Shown here in pieces: positions 16,111-26,147 of a stretch of 64,000 nucleotides of DNA. Every line of letters starts with the position of its first letter. The stretch's first letter is position 1. The translations under genes were made by a program, and so were the position numbers. The stretch comes from Acidimicrobiales bacterium (GTDB taxonomy: Bacteria > Actinomycetota > Acidimicrobiia > Acidimicrobiales > SZUA-35). The notes beneath the pieces were generated by a model. It ran no database searches and had not been told where the DNA came from. It worked only from the letters and a program-made list of their open reading frames with translations. The stretch spans positions 1,854 through 65,853 of the forward strand of contig JBKECK010000115.1 in assembly GCA_047974625.1 (NCBI GenBank), read 5' to 3'.

Positions 16111-17124
16111 TCAGGTCGAGGCCATCACCACCGCGATCCGCGCCTCGTAGGCCTTGCGGTCCGGCCCGGCGACCGGCGGCGGCTGAAGGCAAATCGAGTC
16201 GGCCACATCGTCGTAGCTGCCGAGCGTGTCGGCCACCTCGGTGGTGGTGCCGCACACCACGAACGTCTCGGCCATGGCGTCGGGCACCAGGTCGAGATCG
16301 GCGCGGGCTCCGGCACCGCCCGCTTCCACCAGCATCTTGGCCTCCGCCCCGAAGCCGTGGGCGTCGAAGTACGGGAGGTACTGCGGGATGGAGGCGTAGA
16401 GGGCCACGTGGGTCTTGGCGTCACGAACCGATTGGGCCCGGTCGGCGTTCGGCGCCACCACCTGCCACAGGTTGACCTCCACCTCGTCGCGTGACCGGTC
16501 GGATTCGGCCAGGGCCTGAGCGAACGGGCCGCTCACCTGTTCACGCGACCACTCCAGCGACCATGACGGATGCCCGATGAGGCCGTCGGCGAGCCGCCCG
16601 GCGAGCTTGACCATCGGAGCCCGCAGCGCGGCCACCCAGATGGGCAGCCGGGGCCGAACCGGTTTCGGCAGGGTCACCTGGCTGAAGTCCAGCTGGTGGA
16701 AGCGGCCGTTGAACTCACCGACCGAGCGGGCCTCACCGGTTGTGACCAGGCGAATGATCTCGATTGCTTCGGCCATTCGGGCGACCGGATGGGCGTAGTC
16801 CATCCCGTAGTGATCAACGATGGTCGAGCCCACACCGGAGCCGAGCCCGAGCGTGAATCGACCTTCGGACAGGCGGTCGATTTCCATGGCCGCCACTGCG
16901 GTGTCGTAGGGCGAGCGAGCCAGGGCGAGCGCGATGCCCGTCGCCAACTGCACCGTCGACGTGGTGGCCGCGGCCACCCCGAGTGACGCCCAGGGATTGG
17001 TGGCCAGCTCGAAGGAGAACACCCCCTCCATCCCGGTGCCTTCGGCGGTCGTGGCGGCGTCCGCCACCCGTTCAGCCGACTTCGACGGCGGCAGCATCAC
17101 CCAATAATTGCGGTCGGTTCGCAT
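16111..17124 (-). CDS. LLM class (luciferase-like) F420-dependent oxidoreductase
   Basis: The sequence pattern ...GMEGVFSFELATNPWASLGVAAATTSTVQLATGIALALARSPYDTAVAAMEIDRLSEGRFTLGLGSG... is typical of the luciferase-like monooxygenase family. Confidence 0.75.
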   Translation of the reverse strand: MRTDRNYWVMLPPSKSAERVADAATTAEGTGMEGVFSFELATNPWASLGVAAATTSTVQLATGIALALARSPYDTAVAAMEIDRLSEGRFTLGLGSGVGSTIVDHYGMDYAHPVARMAEAIEIIRLVTTGEARSVGEFNGRFHQLDFSQVTLPKPVRPRLPIWVAALRAPMVKLAGRLADGLIGHPSWSLEWSREQVSGPFAQALAESDRSRDEVEVNLWQVVAPNADRAQSVRDAKTHVALYASIPQYLPYFDAHGFGAEAKMLVEAGGAGARADLDLVPDAMAETFVVCGTTTEVADTLGSYDDVADSICLQPPPVAGPDRKAYEARIAVVMAST

Positions 17125-17294
17125 GTGCGAATCCCTTCAGTTGACTGTCAGCGGCCTCCTCGACTGCCCCAAATAGTGACGATCCTGCAACAGGCCACCT
17201 ATCGAGCCAATCACATCAATGCGCTGAACACCGATTCTCGGGTCGTTCGTCACACCCGAACCGGGTCCAGTCGTCCCAGTACCCTCGGAGGACG

Positions 17295-20200
17295 ATGAGC
17301 ACCTCCAGCCGCCCCGGCCTCGACGTGACGTACCCGTCGGAGCTGCCGATCACGGACCGCCGGGATGAGCTGGCGGCGACGATCGCGGCCCACCCCGTGG
17401 TGGTGGTGGCGGGCGAGACCGGGTCGGGCAAGAGCACCCAGTTGCCCAAGATCTGCCTCGAACTGGGCCGGGGCGCGGACGGCGCCATGATCGGTCACAC
17501 CCAACCCCGACGCCTGGCCGCCCGCACCATTGCCGCCCGGGTGGCCGACGAGCTCGGTGTGGAGCTGGGCGGCCCCGTCGGGTACGCGGTGCGGTTCAAC
17601 GACCGGGTCGGCCCCGACACCCGCCTCAAGCTGATGACCGACGGGATCCTCCTGGCCGAACTGGCCCGTGACCGCACCCTCAGCCGCTACGACACGATCA
17701 TCATCGACGAGGCCCACGAGCGAAGCCTCAACATCGACTTCATCCTCGGCTACCTGAAACAGCTCCTGCCCCGCCGACCCGACCTGAAGGTCATCATCAC
17801 CTCGGCCACCATCGACACCGAACGGTTCTCCCGCCATTTCGACGACGCCCCGGTGATCAGCGTGTCCGGCCGGCTGTATCCCGTCGAGGTCCGATACCGA
17901 CCCCTCGAGGACGCCGCCGTCGACGGCGGGGCCAGGGACGAGACCGAGGGCATCAGTGACGCCGTTTCGGAACTGTGGCAGGGCACCACCGGCGACATTC
18001 TCGTGTTCTGCTCCGGGGAACGGGAGATCCGTGACGCCGCCGACGCCGTGGCCGACCTCGACCTCCCCGGATCCGAGATCCTCCCCCTGTACTCCCGTCT
18101 GTCGGCCGCCGAACAGCAACGGGTGTTCGCGCCCCACCGGGCCCGCCGGGTGGTGATCGCCACCAATGTGGCAGAGACCTCGGTAACGGTTCCCGGGGTC
18201 CGCTCGGTCATCGACGTCGGCACGGCCCGGATCTCCCGGTACAGCGCCCGAACCAAGGTCCAGCGGCTCCCCATCGAGCCGGTGTCGCAGGCCTCGGCCG
18301 ACCAACGGGCGGGCCGGTGCGGCCGCCTGGGTCCCGGGGTGTGCATCCGCCTCTACAGCGAGGACGATTACCTCACCCGCCCCGAGTTCACCGAACCCGA
18401 GATCCAGCGAACCAACCTGGCGGCGGTCATCCTGCAGATGACGTCGCTCGGCCTGGGCGACGTGGCCCGGTTCCCGTTCGTCGACCGGCCCGACGACGCC
18501 GCGATCCGCGACGGGATCGCCCTGCTCGAAGAACTGGCCGCGTTCACCGATCGTGGCAACCACGGGCCGCCGGGCCGCGCCGGGGAAGACGCCGGCGATC
18601 CGGACCGGGGACATGACCGGGGCGGGCGGCCGGGGCGACGCGGCGGCCGGAACCGGCGGGGCCGGAACCGAGGCCGTCGTCTCAGCCGGATCGGGCGCTC
18701 CCTGGCCCGTCTCCCCGTCGACCCCCGATACGGCCGGATGCTGGTGGAGGCGGCCCGGGAAGGCTGCGGGGCCGAGCTGATGATCATCATCTCGGGGTTG
18801 TCCATCCAGGATCCCCGAGAACGGCCGGCCGAGAAGCGCCAGGCCGCGGAGGAGTTCCACCGCCGGTTCCGCGACAACCGCTCGGACTTCGTCGCCTACC
18901 TGAACCTCTGGGACTACCTGGAGCACCAGCGCAAGACCCTGTCCCGCAACCAGTTCCGGCGGATGTGCCGCCGCGAGTTCCTCAACTACCACCGGGTCGT
19001 CGAATGGCGGGACCTCCACAACCAGCTGAGGCGGGAGGCCCGCCGGCTCGAGCTCGGTTCCGGGGTCCGGCGCCACCCGCGGCCCACCGGCACCGGCGAA
19101 CCGGTGGAGCTGAGCGGAGCCCAGGCCGATGCCATCCACCGCTCGATCCTGTCGGGGCTCCTGTCGCATGTGGGTCGGCGCGACCCCCGCACCGAACGGG
19201 CCCGGCCCACCGCCCCGGTCCGGGGTCGGCGGCCCCGACGCCCGATCACCGAGTACCTGGGGGCCCGCGGCACCCGGTTCGCCATCGCCCCCGGGTCGGG
19301 TCTGACCGCCCACCCCCCGGGGTGGGTCATGGCCGCCGAGCTGGTCGAAACCAGCCGACTGTGGGCTCGGGATGTGGCCACCGTCGATCCGGACTGGATC
19401 GAGCCTCTGGCCCGGCATCTGATCACCGTCAGCCATGGCGAGCCGTGGTGGGACGCCGAGCGGGGCGCCGCCCTCGTGCCCGAGCGGGTCACCCTGTACG
19501 GGTTGACCCTGGTGGCCGACCGGCCCCGGGCCCTCACCGCCGTCGATCGTGACCTGGCCCGTGACCTGTTCATCCATCACGCCCTGATCGACGGCGAATG
19601 GCACGGGGAACACGACTTCGTGGCCCGGAATCAGGCCCGGTTGGCCGAGGTGGAGCAGATCGAGGCCCGGTCCCGCCGCCGGGACCTGTTGGTGGAGCAC
19701 CAGACCCTGCACGACTGGTACGACGCCCGGCTTCCCGACGACGTGGCCACCGTGACCGAGTTCGACACCTGGTGGACCCACGCGAGATCGCTGGATCCGG
19801 CCCGGTTGGATCTCACGGTGGAGGACCTGTTGCGGCCGACCGAGGAGGTGGGAGCCCTGGTCGACCCGACCGCGTTCCCCCACTCGTGGGTCCAGGGCGG
19901 CCTCGACCTCGAACTGGTGTACACCTTCGACCCCACCAGCCACCTGGATGGGGTCAGCGTGCTCGTGCCCGTGGAGCACCTCGCCGGCCTCGACGCCGAG
20001 CCGTTCGCCTGGACCGTCCCCGGGTTCCGGCGGGAGCTGATCACCGCCCTGGCCCGCTCCCTGCCCAAAGCGACCCGCAAGGCCCTCACCCCGGTGGCCG
20101 ACACCGCCGCCGACGCGGCCGGCGACATCGGCCCCGGCGACGGCCCCCTACTCGATGTGCTGGCCGACACCCTTGGCAAACGCCGTGGTCTGGTCATCCG

Positions 20201-21239
20201 GGCCGATCAGTTCGACCCGTCCCGGGTTCCCCCCCACGTGCGGCCCACGTTCCGGGTCATCAACGACGACTATGAGCTGCTGGCCGAAGGCAAGGACCTG
20301 GAGGCGTTACGGGCAGAGCTGGTCGAGGAGACCCGCCGGTCGATCGCCGACCGGGCCGCGGCGGACGGAACGGCGTGGGAACGGTCCGGCCTCACCGACT
20401 GGACGGTGGGAGACCTGCCTCGAAGCGTCGACCTGGACGGGGTGACGGCGTACCCGGCCCTGGTCGACGACGGCGATTCGGTGTCGCTCCGGTTGGTGGC
20501 CACGGAGGATGAGCAGCACGACGCCCTCTGGCTCGGGGTTCGCCGTCTGCTCCGCCTGGCCCTCCCCTCCCCGGTGCGTCGGCTTGATCGGCTCATCCCG
20601 CCGGCGACCGCCCTCGCCCTGGTCAACGGCCCGGTCCAGGCCAAGGCGGCCTGGTATGTCGACGCCATCGACGCCTGCCTCGACGCCATCCTCATCGAAC
20701 ACGGCGGCCCGCCCTGGACCACAGCCGGGTGGGAGCAGCTCGTTACGCTGGCCCGAGCCCGGTTCGACGATCTCTTGGCCGATGTGGCCGCGGTGATCGT
20801 CGACGTGGTCGCCCTGTCGGAGTGGATCCAGCGCCGGCTCGACCAGGTGGCGTCCGCGGAGAACTACGGGCCGTCCCTGGCCGACGCCCGAGCCCACCTG
20901 CACCGGCTCACCTACCCGGGTTTCCTCACCGGGGTGGGTCACGAGCGCTGGCCCGACCTGGTCCGCTACCTGGACGGGCTGGCGGTCCGGTTGGAGAACC
21001 TGACCAAGAGTCCGACCCGTGATCTGGAACTGACCGCGGTGTGCCGCCGCCTCGACAACGAGCTGGCCGAACAGGCCGCCCGAGCCGGGTCGCCGGCACG
21101 GGCCGATGCCGTCGAGGAGCTGGTCTGGATGCTCGAAGAACTCCGGGTCGGCCTCTTCGCCCAAACCCTCGGCACCTCGTCCAAGGTGAGCGAGAAGCGG
21201 GCCCGCCGGGCACTCACCGCCCTCAAGGCCGTGCCGTAG
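17295..21239 (+). CDS. hrpA: ATP-dependent RNA helicase HrpA (DEAH box)
   Basis: Motif I GETGSGKSTQLPK, motif II DEAHERS and SATID are present. The 1314-aa length fits HrpA. Confidence 0.93.
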   Translation: MSTSSRPGLDVTYPSELPITDRRDELAATIAAHPVVVVAGETGSGKSTQLPKICLELGRGADGAMIGHTQPRRLAARTIAARVADELGVELGGPVGYAVRFNDRVGPDTRLKLMTDGILLAELARDRTLSRYDTIIIDEAHERSLNIDFILGYLKQLLPRRPDLKVIITSATIDTERFSRHFDDAPVISVSGRLYPVEVRYRPLEDAAVDGGARDETEGISDAVSELWQGTTGDILVFCSGEREIRDAADAVADLDLPGSEILPLYSRLSAAEQQRVFAPHRARRVVIATNVAETSVTVPGVRSVIDVGTARISRYSARTKVQRLPIEPVSQASADQRAGRCGRLGPGVCIRLYSEDDYLTRPEFTEPEIQRTNLAAVILQMTSLGLGDVARFPFVDRPDDAAIRDGIALLEELAAFTDRGNHGPPGRAGEDAGDPDRGHDRGGRPGRRGGRNRRGRNRGRRLSRIGRSLARLPVDPRYGRMLVEAAREGCGAELMIIISGLSIQDPRERPAEKRQAAEEFHRRFRDNRSDFVAYLNLWDYLEHQRKTLSRNQFRRMCRREFLNYHRVVEWRDLHNQLRREARRLELGSGVRRHPRPTGTGEPVELSGAQADAIHRSILSGLLSHVGRRDPRTERARPTAPVRGRRPRRPITEYLGARGTRFAIAPGSGLTAHPPGWVMAAELVETSRLWARDVATVDPDWIEPLARHLITVSHGEPWWDAERGAALVPERVTLYGLTLVADRPRALTAVDRDLARDLFIHHALIDGEWHGEHDFVARNQARLAEVEQIEARSRRRDLLVEHQTLHDWYDARLPDDVATVTEFDTWWTHARSLDPARLDLTVEDLLRPTEEVGALVDPTAFPHSWVQGGLDLELVYTFDPTSHLDGVSVLVPVEHLAGLDAEPFAWTVPGFRRELITALARSLPKATRKALTPVADTAADAAGDIGPGDGPLLDVLADTLGKRRGLVIRADQFDPSRVPPHVRPTFRVINDDYELLAEGKDLEALRAELVEETRRSIADRAAADGTAWERSGLTDWTVGDLPRSVDLDGVTAYPALVDDGDSVSLRLVATEDEQHDALWLGVRRLLRLALPSPVRRLDRLIPPATALALVNGPVQAKAAWYVDAIDACLDAILIEHGGPPWTTAGWEQLVTLARARFDDLLADVAAVIVDVVALSEWIQRRLDQVASAENYGPSLADARAHLHRLTYPGFLTGVGHERWPDLVRYLDGLAVRLENLTKSPTRDLELTAVCRRLDNELAEQAARAGSPARADAVEELVWMLEELRVGLFAQTLGTSSKVSEKRARRALTALKAVP

Positions 21240-21297
21240 GCCTGGCGGCCGTGCCCCGGACCTGGCGGGCCGGCCGCTCACCGTCCGGTCCGGGCCG

Positions 21298-22170
21298 TCA
21301 GCTGGTGCCGGGGCCACCCTCCACGACCTCGGCCGCTGCGCCGGTCTCGGCCGTTTCGGCCGCGGCCGCGATGTCGGCCATGAGGGGCCGCATGTCGGGA
21401 TAGGCGGTTTGCTCCCATCCTCCGTCGACGAACAGGTTGGCTCCCGAGATGTACGCCCCGTCGGCACTGGCCAGGAACAGGGCGGCTGCCGCGATGTCCT
21501 CGGGGGTGGCCGGCCGTTGCAGCGGGATCCGTTCCATGAACGCGTCGTACACCTGGGGCAGGCCGGTCATCCCGGCCACCAGCGGGGTATCGGTCAGACC
21601 CGGTGACACGGTGGCCACCCGGATGCCGTGCTCGCCGAGCTCCAAGGCGGCGCTCCGGCCCAAGCTGGCCACACCCGCCTTGGCGGCCGAGTAGGCGGCA
21701 CCGAAGAACATCGGTACCCGCGAGTTGAGCGACGCGATGTTGACGATCGCCCCCTTGGTGCCGGCCTCGATCATGCGGCGGGCCTCGTGCTTGATCCCGA
21801 GGAACACCCCCTTGAGGCAGAGGTCGACCGTGAAGTCCCAGTCGTCCGCCGTCATGTCGACGATCAGGGCCGGGCGGGATCCGCCGGCCACATTGAACCC
21901 GGCGTCGAGCCGACCGTAGGTGTCGACGCAGGTGGCGGCGAGGGCCTCCACATCGGCTTCGACGGTCACGTCACCCACCATGGTGCGGACCTGATCCCCG
22001 AGCTCGACGTCGAGGGCCTTCAGGCCTTCGGCCGAGACGTCGCCGGCCACCACTCGGGCCCCCTCGGCCACCAGGCGTCGGGTGATCGCCAAGCCGATAC
22101 CGGACGCGGCGCCGGTGACCACGGCGGCCTGGCCGTCGAACCGGCCCGGGTGAACGAGCTGTTCGGTCAT
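21298..22170 (-). CDS. SDR family oxidoreductase
   Basis: The Rossmann motif VVTGAASGIGLA and the catalytic YSAAKAGV are present. Confidence 0.88.
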   Translation of the reverse strand: MTEQLVHPGRFDGQAAVVTGAASGIGLAITRRLVAEGARVVAGDVSAEGLKALDVELGDQVRTMVGDVTVEADVEALAATCVDTYGRLDAGFNVAGGSRPALIVDMTADDWDFTVDLCLKGVFLGIKHEARRMIEAGTKGAIVNIASLNSRVPMFFGAAYSAAKAGVASLGRSAALELGEHGIRVATVSPGLTDTPLVAGMTGLPQVYDAFMERIPLQRPATPEDIAAAALFLASADGAYISGANLFVDGGWEQTAYPDMRPLMADIAAAAETAETGAAAEVVEGGPGTS

Positions 22171-22314
22171 GCGAAACCCCTCTCAGGCGGGGCCGGACCA
22201 CCCGACGAACCGCCGCTGTCACGACCCTAACGGACGCGGTCGGTCAGGGTCAGGCGGCAGGGCTCGGGTCCGTCGTTCGGCGGGGTCCAGGCGCCTCGGG
22301 GCGCCGAGCACCCG

Positions 22315-22617
22315 TCAATCGACGGGCAGCCGGGCGAACAACTCCACCTTGGCTTCTTCGAAGTCCTCGAGGCTGATGTCGCCGCTTTCACGCCGGGCGT
22401 GCAGATCCTCGATGAGGGCGAGCAGCTCGGGTGCCGACAACTCACCCTCGCCGGGGATGAGCGACCCGTCCTCGGATTCGGCGGGCAGGGTGATGGTGGC
22501 GGCCTCTTCGACCTCGCCCCCGCGACGCTCCTGCCGTTCGGCTCTCTTCCGGGCGGCCCGTTCCTTCTTGGCCTTGTCCCGCTGCAGTTTGGCGAAGCTC
22601 GATCGTTGTTTGGCCAT
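22315..22617 (-). CDS. Small charged protein with a SHOCT-like C-terminus
   Basis: The N-terminus is basic (MAKQRSSFAKLQRDKAKKERAARKRAERQERR). The C-terminal GDISLEDFEEAKVELFARL resembles the SHOCT motif. Confidence 0.5.
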   Translation of the reverse strand: MAKQRSSFAKLQRDKAKKERAARKRAERQERRGGEVEEAATITLPAESEDGSLIPGEGELSAPELLALIEDLHARRESGDISLEDFEEAKVELFARLPVD

Positions 22618-22792
22618 GGCGAGCTCCTTTGTCTGGGTTCACACGTTCCTCACCAAGGGTAGGAGCCGACCCGACGATTCCTACTGAACGTGAAGAAGAT
22701 GTTTCGAATGTCATACCATTTCAGGTCATCGGCCCTGGGCCTGGGGGACTACCGTTCTGACCCGCTGTCGGGCCCGCGTGTAGCATCCCGGC

Positions 22793-24079
22793 ATGAGCAA
22801 CGTTCTCGACGCCGACCTGGAGACCGATCACGAGGCCAATCCGGTGGCCCAGGGGTTCTGGGTCCAGCCTCGGGAGCGCATCGAGGAGATTCTGACCGCC
22901 TACCGGACCGAACGTCCGGTCACGTTCATCCCCGAGCCCGTCCCGCCGCCCGACGTACCCCTTCCACAGGGTCCCGGCACCTGGCTGGTCACCCGCCACG
23001 CCGACATCCTGCACGCCTCGAAACACCCGGAGATCTTCTCCTCCGCGTCCGGCATCACCCTGCTCGACGCTCCGCCGGAGTTCAACGAGTTCTTCTCGTC
23101 GATGATCGCGATGGACGACCCCCGCCACGCCCGGCTGCGGCGCATCGTGTCGGCCGGGTTCACCCCCCGGATGCTCGGCCAGCTCGAGGGCACCGTCCAA
23201 CAGGTGGCGGCCGAGATTGTCGACGGCATCTCGGAGCGGGGTGAGGTCGACTTCATCGTCGACGTGGCCGCGGAGCTGCCGCTGCGGATCGTCTGCGAAC
23301 TGATGGGCGTGCCCGCCTCCCAGTACCGGTTCGTGTTCGACCGGACCAACGTGATCCTCGGCGCCAGCGACCCGGAGTACGTGGCCGAGAACGAGAACAT
23401 CCTCGGAGCCATCTTCTCGGCCGGCAGCGACCTGTCCCAGCTGATGCACGAGGTGGCCGAGAACAAGAAGGGCGGCGACGGTACCGATCTGACCAGCCAG
23501 CTGATGAACGCCGATCTCGGCGAGGATCGCCTCTCGGAAACCGACCTGGCCAGCTTCTTCATCCTGCTCGTGGTGGCGGGCAACGAGACCACCCGCAACG
23601 CCATCGGTTGGGGGTTGACCTTCCTCACCGAGAATCCCGACCAGCGGGCCCGGTGGATGGCCGACTTCGAGGGTCTGGCACCCACTGCGGTGGAGGAGAT
23701 CGTGCGGTTGGGCAGTCCGGTCACCTATATGCGGCGGACCGTGGCCCAGGACACCGAGCTGGGTGGCCAGAAGCTCGCCGTCGGCGACAAGGTGTGCATG
23801 ATGTACCTGGCGGCCAATCGGGACGAGGCGGTGTTCGAGGATCCGTTCCGTTTCGACGTGGGCCGCAACCCGAACCCCCATGTGGGCTTCGGCGGCCCCG
23901 GGCCGCACTTCTGCCTCGGTGCCCATCTGGCCCGGCGGGAGATCACGGTGATGTTCCGGGAGCTGTTCGATCGCCTGCCCGACATCGAGGCCGCCGGTCC
24001 GCCGGTGCCCCTGATGTCGAGCTTCATTCACGGTGTGAAACACCTCGACGCCCGCTTCTCCCCCGTCGCCCCCCGCTGA
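22793..24079 (+). CDS. Cytochrome P450
   Basis: The heme-binding loop FGGPGPHFCLGAHLAR, the I-helix AGNETT and the EXXR-type motif are present. Confidence 0.92.
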   Translation: MSNVLDADLETDHEANPVAQGFWVQPRERIEEILTAYRTERPVTFIPEPVPPPDVPLPQGPGTWLVTRHADILHASKHPEIFSSASGITLLDAPPEFNEFFSSMIAMDDPRHARLRRIVSAGFTPRMLGQLEGTVQQVAAEIVDGISERGEVDFIVDVAAELPLRIVCELMGVPASQYRFVFDRTNVILGASDPEYVAENENILGAIFSAGSDLSQLMHEVAENKKGGDGTDLTSQLMNADLGEDRLSETDLASFFILLVVAGNETTRNAIGWGLTFLTENPDQRARWMADFEGLAPTAVEEIVRLGSPVTYMRRTVAQDTELGGQKLAVGDKVCMMYLAANRDEAVFEDPFRFDVGRNPNPHVGFGGPGPHFCLGAHLARREITVMFRELFDRLPDIEAAGPPVPLMSSFIHGVKHLDARFSPVAPR

Positions 24080-24126
24080 GCCGACCGGGGCGGCACCCAA
24101 CCCAATTCCGTGCTGTGCTCGGCGAT

Positions 24127-24162
24127 GAGCCATGATCGTCACGAGCCATGACCGTCACGAGC
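24127..24162. repeat. 16-bp tandem repeat gagccatgaYcgtcac x2.25 between the P450 and amidohydrolase genes
   Basis: The sequence reads gagccatgatcgtcac gagccatgaccgtcac gagc. It ends 92 bp upstream of the GTG at 24254. Confidence 0.9.
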
Positions 24163-24253
24163 AACGACGGCGGCGGCGTCAGCACGCGAGAAGGGGACCA
24201 TGCCGACCACCATTCCGGCCCAACGGCCGATTCACGAAACCCACCGTTAGACC

Positions 24254-25420
24254 GTGGACGTCGCCGTCGACGCCGACGGCCACATCCTGGCACCACCGGA
24301 TCTGTGGGAGACCTACATCGATCCGGAGTTCCTCGATCGGGCACTCCGCTTCCGGGTCGACGAGGACGGGCTCGAGGAGCTCGAGATCGACGGGCGGCGG
24401 TCGACGATGAGCCGCAGGGGCTTCCCGTCGACCTTGGGCGCCATGGGAGATCCAGACCTCAAGGCGCTCCAGTCCGATCCGGACCGCACCTATCTGGCCG
24501 AGGCGCCCTACGGCACGATCGACCCGGGTGAACGCCTGGTCGTCCTCGACGCCGAGAACATCGACGCCGCCATCCTCTACACCACCGTCGGCCTGCTGTG
24601 GGAGGCCGAGGTGGAGGATCCGGCTCTGTCCCAGGCCTACACCAAGGCCTACAACCGGTGGATCTGCGAGTTCTGCGCCGACACGCCGCGGCTGGTACCC
24701 ACGGCCCACCTGTCCCTGTCGGACCCGGCCGCGGCCGCCCGCGAACTCGAGCGGGCCGTGGGCGAGGGGGCCAAGGGCGGCTACGTCGCCCCGTTCACCC
24801 ACAACGGGCGGCCCCTCGGCCATCCCGACAACAACCCGGTGTTCGCGGCGGCCCAGGATCTCGGCGTGCCCCTCGCCATCCACCCCACCTTCGAACCCCA
24901 ATGGACCAAGGGCACCCGGATGGGGTCGTGGGAGAACGTGAAACAGCTCCGGCTCCTGGCCTCGGTGCAGGCGTCGGACGGGGTCCGCCACCAGTTCACC
25001 ACCCTGTTCGACTACGGGGTGTTCGACCAGTTCCCCCGCCTCAAGGTGCTGGTGCTCGAATCGGGGGGCGGCTGGATCGGGTACTGGCTCGACCGGATCG
25101 ACGCCGTGTACGGCCACACCTTCGTGGGTACCCGGGTACCGCTCGAACACAAACCCAGCGACTATTTCCGGGAACGGATCTGGATCAGCTGCGACCCCGA
25201 CGAACGGACCATCCCGGCCCTGGCTGAGCGCTACGGGGCCGATCGGTTCCTGTGGGCGTCGGACTTCCCTCACGCCGACCACACCCCCGAGTACGTCGAG
25301 GACCTGCAGGAGCTGGCGGATGCCTTCCCACCGGACGCCCGCCGCCTGTTCATCGGCGACAACGCCCGGGCTCTGTTCGACATCGACCCCGCCGCCCGGG
25401 TCGGCCAGGGAACCAGCTGA
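24254..25420 (+). CDS. Amidohydrolase family (amidohydrolase_2 / ACMSD-like) metal-dependent hydrolase
   Basis: The N-terminal VDADGHILAPPDLWE... and C-terminal ...LWASDFPHADH motifs are present. Confidence 0.8.
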   Translation: MDVAVDADGHILAPPDLWETYIDPEFLDRALRFRVDEDGLEELEIDGRRSTMSRRGFPSTLGAMGDPDLKALQSDPDRTYLAEAPYGTIDPGERLVVLDAENIDAAILYTTVGLLWEAEVEDPALSQAYTKAYNRWICEFCADTPRLVPTAHLSLSDPAAAARELERAVGEGAKGGYVAPFTHNGRPLGHPDNNPVFAAAQDLGVPLAIHPTFEPQWTKGTRMGSWENVKQLRLLASVQASDGVRHQFTTLFDYGVFDQFPRLKVLVLESGGGWIGYWLDRIDAVYGHTFVGTRVPLEHKPSDYFRERIWISCDPDERTIPALAERYGADRFLWASDFPHADHTPEYVEDLQELADAFPPDARRLFIGDNARALFDIDPAARVGQGTS

Positions 25421-25547
25421 TCCCAGGCCGGCCAGGGGAAACGGCGGCCCGAGGGCGGCATTGCCCGAGCTGCAAGTAGATTGACCCGGAACGACCTGTC
25501 TGGTGGACCCTTGGGCGCCATGGTCGCACCGGGCAGAGTCGGTTCCG

Positions 25548-26147
25548 ATGACCGGCCGGTTTGGAGAAGGGCTCGTGCTTCCTCACGACGATCGCAACGA
25601 GCTGTCCGAGCTACTCAACAATCTTGCCCTCGATGCGGCGGCCGGATCGGCTGACGCCCTCGACACCCTGCTGCAGATCGTCGACGATCAGCGCTTGGCC
25701 GCGTCCACCGTCCGCCGGTTCATCATCAACGACGAGCTGGTGGACGAAGCCACTCAGGACACCCTGATTGCCGTGGCCGAGTCGATCCACAAGTTCCGCA
25801 GCGAGGCGAAGTTCACGACCTGGCTCTACTCGGTGGCCCGCAACGTCGCCGTTGGCCACCTCCGCCGCATGAACCCTGATGTCCCGCTCGACACCGCCGA
25901 GTCCGCGATCGTCGGGGCATCGCGGCGTCTCAGCTCGGTGGTGGCCGAACGGGCCGCGATCCGCGACGCGGTCGATGCTCTCCCCGTCCACTACCGGGAC
26001 ACCGTGATGCTGCGCGACGTGGAGCGTCGCTCGTACGAGGAGATCGCCGAGGAGCTCGGTATCCAGCTCAACACCGTCCGCTCACGCCTGGCCCGGGGCC
26101 GGGCGATGCTGGCCGCAGCCATCCTCGACGAGGGTGCGCATGGCTGA
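25548..26147 (+). CDS. ECF-type RNA polymerase sigma-70 family factor
   Basis: Region 2 (...DTLIAVAESIHKFRSEAKFTTWLYSVARNVAVGHLRR) and the region 4 HTH (RSYEEIAEELGIQLNTVRSRLARGR) are present. The start is uncertain (25503, 25548 or 25576). Confidence 0.85.
   Translation: MTGRFGEGLVLPHDDRNELSELLNNLALDAAAGSADALDTLLQIVDDQRLAASTVRRFIINDELVDEATQDTLIAVAESIHKFRSEAKFTTWLYSVARNVAVGHLRRMNPDVPLDTAESAIVGASRRLSSVVAERAAIRDAVDALPVHYRDTVMLRDVERRSYEEIAEELGIQLNTVRSRLARGRAMLAAAILDEGAHG

Noticed and set aside
17250-19979. 909-aa ORF on the minus strand opposite hrpA
   Set aside because: It is entirely antisense to a helicase gene with clear motifs. The product is Gly/Pro/Val/Arg-rich low-complexity sequence, typical of shadow ORFs in high-GC DNA.
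22630-22720. KstR-like operator half-site (GGAACGTGTGAAC on the minus strand near 22637-22652) upstream of the P450
   Set aside because: Only one half of the TAGAAC..GTTCTA palindrome matches. That is not enough to call a sterol-catabolism operator.
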